Shown: positions 27,244 through 34,872 of the stretch, piece by piece
How positions within the stretch are numbered: the stretch's first letter is position 1
Layout: each line of letters starts with the position of its first letter
NCBI GenBank assembly: GCA_031459535.1
Contig: JAVKIJ010000029.1
Span: forward strand, 1 to 34,872
Origin: Candidatus Fervidifonticultor quintus
Lineage (GTDB): Bacteria; Sysuimicrobiota; Sysuimicrobiia; Sysuimicrobiales; Humicultoraceae
Direction of reading: 5' to 3'
Length of the DNA stretch: 34,872 nucleotides
Notes under the pieces: model-generated
What the model was told of the DNA's origin: nothing
Databases searched by the model: none
Seen by the model: only the letters and a program-made list of their open reading frames with translations
Translations under genes and position numbers: made by a program

Positions 27244-27837
27244 ATGGCCGACGCACGCCGGGAGCGCACGCTCGTCCTGGTCAAGCCTGATGGCGTCCAG
27301 CGCGGGCTGGTCGGTGAGGTCATCGCGCGATTCGAGCGCCCGGGGATGAAGCTGATCGGTCTGAAGATGGTGCGAGCCGGGGTCGAGTTGCTGGAGCGCC
27401 ACTATCCATCCGACGAAGGCTTTCTGCGGACCCTGGGAACCAAGACGCGCGAGGCCTTCGAGGCCGCCGGCCGCGACGTCAGGGCAGAGGTCGGGACCGA
27501 CGACCCGCTGACCATAGGCCGCCAGGTGCGCGCGTGGCTGGTGGAGTTCATGGCCTCGGGCCCCGTGGTAGCGTTCGTCCTCGAGGGTACGCACGCCGTG
27601 GCGGTCACGCGCAAGCTGGTGGGCGACACGCTGCCCTACCGTGCCGCAGCCGGCACCATCCGAGGGGATTTCTCCGCAGACTCCCCCACGGTGGCCAATC
27701 TCCAGAAGCGGCCCGTGCGGAATCTGGTCCACGCGTCGGGGTCGCCAGAGGAGGCGGAGTTCGAGATCGGGCTGTGGTTTGACCGCGAAGAGCTGCACGA
27801 CTATGCGCGGGTCGACGAGGGCCTGGTCCTAGGGTAG
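27244..27837 (+). CDS. ndk: Nucleoside diphosphate kinase (long-insert variant)
   Basis: ERTLVLVKPDGVQRGLVGEVIARFE, EFMASGPVVA, GTIRGDF, RNLVHAS (catalytic His), EIGLWF. SD GAGG. Confidence 0.92.
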   Translation: MADARRERTLVLVKPDGVQRGLVGEVIARFERPGMKLIGLKMVRAGVELLERHYPSDEGFLRTLGTKTREAFEAAGRDVRAEVGTDDPLTIGRQVRAWLVEFMASGPVVAFVLEGTHAVAVTRKLVGDTLPYRAAAGTIRGDFSADSPTVANLQKRPVRNLVHASGSPEEAEFEIGLWFDREELHDYARVDEGLVLG

Positions 27838-28578
27838 GACCTCGCCGAGCACCCACCCGCTTCCCGACAGCACCATACCCCTTCGAGGCTCGGTGGGCAG
27901 GGTCTCGCGGTCGGCGACCAACGACAGCGTCACGCCGATGGTGGCGATCCGGATCCACCAGAATTCGGCGCCCGTGGCCGGGTTGGTCATCTGCCGTGCC
28001 TCGCTCACATAGCCCGTGACCAGGGCGGTGGCGTCGGTGTCACCCGGTTCGTCCAGCGTGTGGTGGATGCTCGAGGCGAACGACTGCACGGGAGGCCGGT
28101 AGGTGACCTCTCGCACCGCCTGGTAGGCTTGCGCGTCAGGGTACAGGGTGGCCTCGTGGAGGATGACGGCCAGCCGCACAGCGATCACGCATTCCGGCCG
28201 GAGCCGCTCCCGCGCCGCGGCGTAGTTCACTAGGTCGACCCTTAGGGGGAAGACCCCTGAGTACGGCTCGTCCTCCTCCGTCGGGTTGAGCCAGCCGTCC
28301 ACCCAGCCCTCGAAGCCCTCGTCGTCGGATGTTCCCGTGCCGGTGAGCGCCATGCGGTAGGTCTCATCGGCGGCGAAGAAGGGCGTCGCCAGGAGGGCCT
28401 CGCCGGCGGCGTCCACCTGGGCCCAGATCTCGGGGCCCCCGCCCGGGGCCCAGCGTATCAGCGCCCGGCCCCCGGCAAGCGCCATGCGCTCCCCGCTCCT
28501 CGCAGCCCGGGCCGCCAGGGCCCAGTACTCGCGCATCTCGCGCACCGGGAACCCGATGGCGCTGAAGTGGCTAGACAC
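27829..28578 (-). CDS. Hypothetical protein
   Basis: Open frame filling the ndk-nrfA gap with globular, aromatic-rich composition (SHFSAIGFPV...EIWAQVD...TPFF...NPATGAEFWW...GSGWVLG). GTG start at 28578 is inferred. Confidence 0.7.
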   Translation of the reverse strand: MSSHFSAIGFPVREMREYWALAARAARSGERMALAGGRALIRWAPGGGPEIWAQVDAAGEALLATPFFAADETYRMALTGTGTSDDEGFEGWVDGWLNPTEEDEPYSGVFPLRVDLVNYAAARERLRPECVIAVRLAVILHEATLYPDAQAYQAVREVTYRPPVQSFASSIHHTLDEPGDTDATALVTGYVSEARQMTNPATGAEFWWIRIATIGVTLSLVADRETLPTEPRRGMVLSGSGWVLGEVLP

Positions 28579-28712
28579 CGCGCATCCCCGACGGAACTTC
28601 CCGAATGTCCGCAGGCCTCCCTGCCGGCCGGAAGGGAAGCCCGCCCGGGCGCCGCGAACGATCATCATGACGCTATAGCGACTGGTCGGGGCTTGGGCAG
28701 GGAGGATTGAAG

Positions 28713-30020
28713 ATGCGGGCTCGGTTGTTCCTCTTCGTGGCGCTCGGCATCCTGGTTGGGGTGGGCATCGGAGCGCTGCTCGTGACCATTGCGGTGCGCC
28801 AGCAGGAAGCGCGGCAGACTTACCTCAAGATCGTCGAGATCCGCGAAGACGAACCCGACCCTGCCATCTGGGGCCGTAACTTCCCCGCCGAGTACGAGGC
28901 GTACATCAAGACCATGAAGACCAGCGAGCTGGTGAAGTACAGCCAGTACGGCCGGTACGGCGGCTCCGAGGCCTTCTCCCGCCTGGACAAGTATCCGGAT
29001 CTCAAGGCGATCTTCGCCGGATATCCATTCAGCGTCGAGTACAACGAGGACCGGGGGCACATGTGGGCGGTCCGGGATGTGCTGTCCACCAAGCGCCTGG
29101 GGGACACCAAGCCCGGGACCTGCATGACCTGCAAGAGCAGTCAGGTGCCGGGGATCATGAAAGAGCTGGGCGCGACCCAGTTCTACGCCACGCCCATGCG
29201 GGAACTGGTTGACCGATACCAGATCAAGCACCCCATCGCCTGCGCCGACTGCCACGACGCCCGGACCATGGCCCTGCGGATCACGCGCCCGGCGTTCATC
29301 GAGGCCATGACGCGCCGCGGCATTGACGTCAGTCGGGCCAGCCGGCAGGAGATGCGCGCCTACGTGTGCGGCCAGTGCCACGTGGAGTACTACTTCCGGG
29401 GGCAGAAGGAGAAGTATCTGGTCTTCCCCTGGGCCCGGGGCCTGAGGATCGAGGACATCGAGGCGTACTACGACGAGATCAAGTTCGCCGACTGGGAGCA
29501 CAAGATCACCAAGGCGCCGGTCATCAAGGTCCAGCACCCCGAATTTGAACTCTGGTCCACGGGGAACCACGCGCGCTCGGGCGTGACGTGCGCGGACTGT
29601 CACATGCCGTACAAGCGGAGTGGATCGGTGAAAGTCACCGACCACTGGATCCGCACGCCGCTCGTCAACGTCCAGAACACGTGCCTGACGTGTCATCGCC
29701 AGAGTGAGGCGGAGATGCGGGCCCGAATCCTCGAAGCGCAGGACCGGACCTATCAGCTCCTCACCCAGGGCGAGCGGGCCCTCGTAGATGCCATGGCGGC
29801 CATCGAGAAGGCCATGGCCGACGGCGTCCGGGACGAAGACCTCGCCCCGGCCCGTGCCCTGCACCGCAAGGCACAACTGCGCTGGGACTTCATCAGCGCC
29901 GAGAACAGCATGGGCTTCCACAGCCCGCAGGAAGCCGTGCGCATCCTGGGGGACGCCATCGACCTGGCCCGGCGGGCGGAGATCTCCGCGCTGAAGGCAC
30001 CCCGACCGGTCGTGCGGTAG
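28713..30020 (+). CDS. nrfA: Ammonia-forming cytochrome c nitrite reductase, pentaheme subunit
   Basis: CMTCK (Lys-ligated active-site heme) plus four CxxCH (CADCH, CGQCH, CADCH, CLTCH); EDRGH, CHVEYY, KVQHPEFE, ENSMGFH. SD GGAGG 28701-28705. Confidence 0.95.
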   Translation: MRARLFLFVALGILVGVGIGALLVTIAVRQQEARQTYLKIVEIREDEPDPAIWGRNFPAEYEAYIKTMKTSELVKYSQYGRYGGSEAFSRLDKYPDLKAIFAGYPFSVEYNEDRGHMWAVRDVLSTKRLGDTKPGTCMTCKSSQVPGIMKELGATQFYATPMRELVDRYQIKHPIACADCHDARTMALRITRPAFIEAMTRRGIDVSRASRQEMRAYVCGQCHVEYYFRGQKEKYLVFPWARGLRIEDIEAYYDEIKFADWEHKITKAPVIKVQHPEFELWSTGNHARSGVTCADCHMPYKRSGSVKVTDHWIRTPLVNVQNTCLTCHRQSEAEMRARILEAQDRTYQLLTQGERALVDAMAAIEKAMADGVRDEDLAPARALHRKAQLRWDFISAENSMGFHSPQEAVRILGDAIDLARRAEISALKAPRPVVR

Positions 30021-30029
30021 GGACCGGCC

Positions 30030-30473
30030 GTGCGGTCCTGGCGGCTCGTTGCGCTCATGGGGACGCTTGCAGCCGGGCTCGTCGTGGGCCTGGGCGGGTT
30101 CACGTTCATCTACGGCAAGGGCTACTCGTACCTGTCAGACGACCCGCGGGTGTGTGTCAACTGTCATATCATGCGGGACAACTTCGACACCTGGACAGTG
30201 GCCACGCACCGGACGGTCACGTGCAACCAGTGCCACGTGCCACACCACTTCCCGGCCAAGTATCTCTCCGAGGCGCGCAACGGCTGGAATCACTCGTACG
30301 CGTTCACCTTCAAGGACGTCCAGGTGATCCGCATCACCCGGTTCAACCAGGAGGTGCTCCAGCAGAACTGCCAGCGTTGCCATGAGGGCATGATCAGTGT
30401 CATCCAGCCCCCCGGCGCCCAACGGGCCAAGTACTGCTTCGACTGCCACCGCGGGGTCGGGCACGGGCTCTAG
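30030..30473 (+). CDS. nrfH: Cytochrome c nitrite reductase small subunit (tetraheme menaquinol dehydrogenase)
   Basis: N-terminal TM, SYLSDDPRVCVNCHIM (CxxCHxM), CNQCH, CQRCH, CFDCH...VGHG. Confidence 0.92.
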   Translation: MRSWRLVALMGTLAAGLVVGLGGFTFIYGKGYSYLSDDPRVCVNCHIMRDNFDTWTVATHRTVTCNQCHVPHHFPAKYLSEARNGWNHSYAFTFKDVQVIRITRFNQEVLQQNCQRCHEGMISVIQPPGAQRAKYCFDCHRGVGHGL

Positions 30474-31024
30474 CCGGAAGGCGCGCGCCCCGCGAAGTAG
30501 TCCTCGGCGAGGATGGCGTAGGCGAGGACGTCGTGCCACCGCCCCTCGCTCCACACCTTCTGCCGGTAGACCCCTTCGCGCTGGTATCCCACGCGCTCCA
30601 GCGCCCGCTGGCTGGCCTCGTTGTCGGCGAACGCCTCGGACTCGACCCGGTGGAGGTTTAGGGTCTCGAAGGCGAACCGCGTGCGGACCCGCATGGCGTC
30701 CGTGGCGTACCCGCGGCCCCAGGCCTCCTTGTCGCCGATGACGATGCCGCTGGTCGCCCGACGGTTGCGCCAGTCGATGCGGTGGAGCCCGGTGAATCCA
30801 ATGTGCCGGTCCCCCTCGTCGTGAATGGCCCAGATGTGCTCGTCGTCCCGTTTCTGGGCCCGCTGGAAGAACTCTTCCTCCATGCCCGGCGTCACGCCCG
30901 TGGACACCAGGAGGAAGCGTGTGACCTCGGGGTCGTTCATCCACCGCAGGGCATTGTCGAAGTGTCGGGCCCGGTCCACCGGCACCAACCGCACCTTCTC
31001 GCCCGCCAGCCCGATGATCTGCAT
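30470..31024 (-). CDS. GNAT family (RimJ/RimL-type) N-acetyltransferase
   Basis: GIVIGDKEAWGRGYAT, AFETLNLHRV, NEASQRALERVGY. ATG 31024 with SD AGGAGG. Confidence 0.88.
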   Translation of the reverse strand: MQIIGLAGEKVRLVPVDRARHFDNALRWMNDPEVTRFLLVSTGVTPGMEEEFFQRAQKRDDEHIWAIHDEGDRHIGFTGLHRIDWRNRRATSGIVIGDKEAWGRGYATDAMRVRTRFAFETLNLHRVESEAFADNEASQRALERVGYQREGVYRQKVWSEGRWHDVLAYAILAEDYFAGRAPSG

Positions 31025-31116
31025 GACCACCACCTCCTGGCAGCCCATTTCGCGGCTTCCGGCCGCTTCCACCTTGGAGGAGCGGTGAGGGCAGGTCGGG
31101 AAGCGCCGTGGGGGCC

Positions 31117-32388
31117 ATGACCGGCGTCATCGGGTTCCCCCGGGGATTTCGCTGGGGCACGGCGACCAGCGCCTATCAGGTCGAAGGCAACAACACGGCC
31201 AGCGACTGGTGGGTCTGGGAGCAGCAGCCCGGCCGCATCGCCGGCGGCGGGCGGTCCGGCCTGGCCTGCGACTGGTGGCGGAACGCGGAGCGCGATTTCG
31301 ATCTGATGGCGGCTCTGCATCAGAACGCGGCCCGGATCTCGATCGAGTGGGCCCGCCTCGAGCCGAGGGCAGACCGCTGGGACGATGCGGCGCTCGCCCG
31401 CTACCTGGAGATGCTGCGGGCGCTGCGCGACCGAGGCATGGAGCCCCTCGTCACGCTCAACCACTTCACCCTGCCCCAGTGGGTGGCGGAGCGGGGGGGC
31501 TGGCTGTGGGATGAGATCGCCGCGGCGTTCGGGGCGTATGCGGGCCGCATCGTCCGGGCCGCGGCGCCGCTGGTCGACTCCTGGGTGACCCTCAACGAGC
31601 CGGTCGGCTACCTCGTCAACGCCTACCTGCTCGGGCGGTTCCCGCCGGGCCGCACCAGCCTGCCGGCGCTGGCCCGGGCGCTGGGCAATTCCCTGCGGGC
31701 ACATGCGGCCGCGTATCGAGCTATACATGCCGCGCAGCCCTCGGCGCGCGTGGGCGTGGCCGCGGACCTGCGGCCCGCCATGCCGGCAAACGAGGGGTCA
31801 CCGGCGCAGCGATGGCTGGCGCGACAGCTCGACCACGTGGTGAACTGGATGTATCTGGACGCGCTGGCCTCAGGGCGGCTGTCGGGACCGTTGGGCCTGG
31901 CACTGTCGGTGTCCGAGGCCGCCCGGACGATGGACTACGTGGGCGTGAACTACTATTCGTGCAGCCGCCTGGCGTTCGACCTGCGGCGGCCGCGTGCGCT
32001 CTTCGTTCGCCATCGGCCCCGCCCGGAGGCCGGGATGAGCGACGACGGATACAGCGAGGTCTATCCCAACGGCCTGCTGGCGGTACTGCGCCGGGTGAGA
32101 CGCTACGGGCTCCCGGTCTTCATCACGGAGAACGGCCTGGCCGACGCCGACGACGACTTGCGGCCGCGTTTCATCGTGGAGCACCTGCGGCGGGTGGCGC
32201 AGGCCATCGCCGAGGGTGTCCCGGTGCTGGGCTACTACCACTGGTCGCTCGTCGACAACTTCGAATGGGCCGACGGGTGGAATCTGCGGTTCGGGCTCTA
32301 TCACCTCGACCAGACCACGCAGCTCAGAACCCAGAGGCCCAGCGCTGCCCTCTACGGCGAGATCTGCCGACACAACGCCCTCCCGTAG
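31117..32388 (+). CDS. Glycoside hydrolase family 1 (beta-glucosidase/galactosidase)
   Basis: FRWGTATSAYQVEG, TLNHFTLP, TLNEP (acid/base), ITENG (nucleophile), WSLVDNFEW. Confidence 0.93.
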   Translation: MTGVIGFPRGFRWGTATSAYQVEGNNTASDWWVWEQQPGRIAGGGRSGLACDWWRNAERDFDLMAALHQNAARISIEWARLEPRADRWDDAALARYLEMLRALRDRGMEPLVTLNHFTLPQWVAERGGWLWDEIAAAFGAYAGRIVRAAAPLVDSWVTLNEPVGYLVNAYLLGRFPPGRTSLPALARALGNSLRAHAAAYRAIHAAQPSARVGVAADLRPAMPANEGSPAQRWLARQLDHVVNWMYLDALASGRLSGPLGLALSVSEAARTMDYVGVNYYSCSRLAFDLRRPRALFVRHRPRPEAGMSDDGYSEVYPNGLLAVLRRVRRYGLPVFITENGLADADDDLRPRFIVEHLRRVAQAIAEGVPVLGYYHWSLVDNFEWADGWNLRFGLYHLDQTTQLRTQRPSAALYGEICRHNALP

Positions 32389-32409
32389 AGAGGGCGGGCC
32401 TGGATCGGG

Positions 32410-33414
32410 TCACGGCGACGGGCGCAGGGCGAATTTCCGGAAGAACCCCCAGATCACCTCGTTGGCGTCCATGTCCCGGCTCGTGCGGCCGACGATGCGC
32501 TCCGGCAGGTACTGTAGCCCGCCCGGCCACGTGTGCCCGCCGCCGTCTACGGCGTACAGAGCGACCTCCGCCCCGTCCCGACACGATCCGTAAACCTCGC
32601 GCCGCACACGGGTGCCGTCCAGCGGGTCGCGGTCGGGCTCCATCGTGACCGTCGGCGGCGCGGCACACTGGTTGTGCTCGACCCAGTAGCGCACCGCATC
32701 CGCCACCGAGATGACCCGGCCGAGGCTGAATCGAGCGGGCGCCAGCGCTCCCCCGATCTCACCGCCGGTGTAGGGGACCAGCGGGTCCAGGGTACCCGGC
32801 ATCATGAGCACGGGCACCGCCCGGGCGGGCTGCCTCATGCGGACGATCTGTTCGGACATCGAAATCGCCACGGGCGCGATGGCCGCGATCACCGTGGCGG
32901 CTTCACGCGCCAATCGGAAGGACATCAGCCCTCCGTTCGAGATACCGGTGGCGTAGATGCGGGTACGGTCAATGGGCAGAGCCCGGGCCAGGTGGTCGAT
33001 CAGCGCGGTGAGGAATCCCACGTCGTCGATGTTCTCGCGGTGTGCCCGGTAGGCGGCAACCCCCCGGCCGTCGTTCCAGTGGCGCTCGAGGCCGTCGGGG
33101 TAGACGACGACGAACCCATCCCGGTCGGCGAGACGGTTCAGACCGCCCCGCGTGAGCTTCTCCATGGCCTCGCCTGTCCCGCCGCCCCCGTGCAGTGCGA
33201 GCACAAGGGCGGACGGATGGCTCCGATCCAGCGTACCGGGGACGTAGAGCCGGTACGTGCGCTCGAACCCGCCGAACGAGAGCGCACCCGACGCGGGCGC
33301 GCTCGCAGCTGCGGCGCTGCGCGTCTGGAGGCTCCATGCCGTCCCACCCACCAGCCCCGCACTCGCCACCAGGATCCAGGACGCCAGCGTGACCCTCGCC
33401 CACCTGACACGCAT
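32410..33414 (-). CDS. Secreted PHB-depolymerase/LpqC-type esterase
   Basis: Signal peptide; LVLALHGGGG, VVYPDG, DDVGFL, TGISNGG (nucleophile), GTLDPLVP, GGGHTWPG. Alternative GTG start at 33423. Confidence 0.85.
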   Translation of the reverse strand: MRVRWARVTLASWILVASAGLVGGTAWSLQTRSAAAASAPASGALSFGGFERTYRLYVPGTLDRSHPSALVLALHGGGGTGEAMEKLTRGGLNRLADRDGFVVVYPDGLERHWNDGRGVAAYRAHRENIDDVGFLTALIDHLARALPIDRTRIYATGISNGGLMSFRLAREAATVIAAIAPVAISMSEQIVRMRQPARAVPVLMMPGTLDPLVPYTGGEIGGALAPARFSLGRVISVADAVRYWVEHNQCAAPPTVTMEPDRDPLDGTRVRREVYGSCRDGAEVALYAVDGGGHTWPGGLQYLPERIVGRTSRDMDANEVIWGFFRKFALRPSP

Positions 33415-33486
33415 AGATGGCACGCGTTTCCCCCGAAAGGCAGCGTAACAGTACACTACGTATGACGCAGGCGGCGGCGCCTTCGT

Positions 33487-34560
33487 TTAGGTCCAGATTC
33501 CGGGGATGGGTCGGCCGCACGCGACGCAGCGCCCCCCGGAGGCCCCCAGCCGATTCCGGAGGATCCGGTAGCCGACGCGTTCGACCAGCGCGGTGCCGCA
33601 GTCCGGGCAGTGCGTGTCCTCCAGGCTGCCCACCTGGCCCGGTGCGTTGCCGGCGTATACGTACCGCAGCCCCGCGGCGCGGCCGATGCGCGCTGCCCGC
33701 AGCAGCGTCTCGATGGATGTGTACCCGCGATCGCTCATCTTGTAGTCGGGGTGAAACGCCGTCACGTGCCAGGGGATGTCCCGGGAGATCGAGGCCAGGA
33801 ACTGGGCCGCGGCGCTCAGCTCTTCGTCCGAGTCATTCCATCCCGGAATGACCAGGGTCACGATCTCCATCCAGAACCCCATGTCGTGGACCATGCGGAT
33901 CGCATCGAGGACCCGTTCGAGCACGCCGCCCAGTTCCCGGTAGTGACGCGCGGTCATGGCTTTGAGGTCGATCTTGTAGCAGTCGCACCATGGCCGCAGG
34001 TAGGCCAGCACCTCGCGGGTGGCATTGCCATTGCTGACGAAGCAGGTGCGCAGCCCCGCCGCCCTTGCCTTCTCGAAGATGGCGACCGCCCACTCGGCCG
34101 TGATCAACGGCTCGTTGTAGGAGCTGGCCACGAGCCTTGCGCCGCACCGGACGCCGATGCGCACCAGGTCGTCGGCCGAGATGTCCTCGGGTACCGTGCC
34201 GGCGGCCGGGTCGCGGAGCGTCTGGGATGTCAGCCAGTTCTGGCAGCCCGGGCAGGCAAAGTCGCACCCGAGCATGCCGAACGTCATCGTCTTCGAGCCC
34301 GGCAAGACGTGGTAGAAAGGCTTCTTCTCCGTGGGGTCGCACTGCAGGGCCGCCACGTATCCCCACGGGACCCGGAGCGTGCCCCCGTCGTTGAAGCGCA
34401 CCCGGCAGATCCCCCGGCGTCCTGGAAAGACGACGCAGCGATGGCCGCACGCCACGCACCGCACCTTCCCGTCTTCCATGGGCTGGTAGAGACGGCCCTG
34501 GACGGTCCTGGTGTCCAGCAGAGTACCGAGCTCCGGCGCCGCGGTGGCCACAGGCCTCAC
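33487..34560 (-). CDS. amrS: AmmeMemoRadiSam system radical SAM enzyme
   Basis: N-terminal VRCVACGHRC...GICRVR, DPTEKKPFYH, CDFACPGC (CxxxCxxC) QNW, SYNEP, HVTAFHPDY, C-terminal CxxC pairs. Confidence 0.88.
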   Translation of the reverse strand: MRPVATAAPELGTLLDTRTVQGRLYQPMEDGKVRCVACGHRCVVFPGRRGICRVRFNDGGTLRVPWGYVAALQCDPTEKKPFYHVLPGSKTMTFGMLGCDFACPGCQNWLTSQTLRDPAAGTVPEDISADDLVRIGVRCGARLVASSYNEPLITAEWAVAIFEKARAAGLRTCFVSNGNATREVLAYLRPWCDCYKIDLKAMTARHYRELGGVLERVLDAIRMVHDMGFWMEIVTLVIPGWNDSDEELSAAAQFLASISRDIPWHVTAFHPDYKMSDRGYTSIETLLRAARIGRAAGLRYVYAGNAPGQVGSLEDTHCPDCGTALVERVGYRILRNRLGASGGRCVACGRPIPGIWT

Positions 34561-34599
34561 CTGGTGTCATTGTACTGCGCCCCCGGGCGGCCGTCGTCG

Positions 34600-34627
34600 T
34601 TCACAGAACATTCACAGGCGGTTCACG
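34600..34627 (+). repeat. Three direct repeats TTCACA/TTCACA/TTCACG at 11-bp periodicity (putative OmpR/PhoB-family binding site)
   Basis: Hexamers start at 34600, 34611 and 34622 in the divergent intergenic region. Confidence 0.65.
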
Positions 34628-34759
34628 ACCACGTCATCCCGCTCCGATAGGGTGGAGGACGGCCGGGGCCCTGCGGAGCCGGTATGATGAGACCGGGTGG
34701 CTCAGAGTCACAGCCGGCGGTGGCACGGGGGCTGACGAGTCCGTGGCGAGGTGATCGAG

Positions 34760-34872
34760 ATGAGCGGAAGGGATGTAGGCATCGTGGTACTGGTCGTGCT
34801 GGGAGTGCTGATCCTGCTGCCGCTGCTGGGCGGTGGAGGGATGATGGGTAGCTTGATGGGGTACGGGATGAT
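34760..34872 (+). CDS. Small Met/Gly-rich membrane protein, 5' part only
   Basis: SD GAGGTG, then MSGRDVGIVVLVVLGVLILLPLLGGGGMMGSLMGYGM... running off the window; not in the ORF track. Confidence 0.65.
   Translation, partial: MSGRDVGIVVLVVLGVLILLPLLGGGGMMGSLMGYGM

Noticed and set aside
34725-34775. CTGACGA resembling a hammerhead ribozyme core
   Set aside because: No properly placed stem II followed by GAAA, and no stem I/III pairing.

Overview
High-GC, gene-dense bacterial chromosomal segment. I saw no mobile elements, CRISPR arrays, rRNA or tRNA genes. A Gram-positive/Chloroflexi-type LexA box (CGAAC-N4-GTTCG) suggests a Terrabacteria-group lineage (inference). In order: (1) a leftward cluster of GNAT, a histidine-phosphatase-fold protein lacking the RHG motif, a PLP Ser/Thr dehydratase, a URO-D-like protein and a family-5 ABC substrate-binding protein; (2) a DUF1800-DUF1501(Tat)-inositol monophosphatase operon; (3) an unknown membrane protein divergent from a tetR-menF-menD-menH-menB-menA-menE-menG menaquinone operon, which has a perfect 18-bp palindrome between promoter and RBS and lacks menC and menI; (4) an SOS-boxed imuA-imuB-dnaE2 mutasome whose -35 overlaps the menG stop codon; (5) a class-V aminotransferase and an M24 peptidase; (6) nth and a short MutY/MIG-like glycosylase overlapping tail-to-tail by 185 bp; (7) DUF4383-like and DUF378 membrane proteins, a long-insert ndk and a hypothetical protein; (8) nrfA-nrfH cytochrome c nitrite reductase; (9) a RimJ-type GNAT, a GH1 glycosidase, an LpqC-type esterase, an AmmeMemoRadiSam radical SAM enzyme, and a partial Met/Gly-rich membrane protein preceded by three 11-bp-phased TTCAC(A/G) repeats. 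The best candidate for an undescribed system is dedicated TetR repression of menaquinone biosynthesis. Family calls rest on motif recognition, not database searches.
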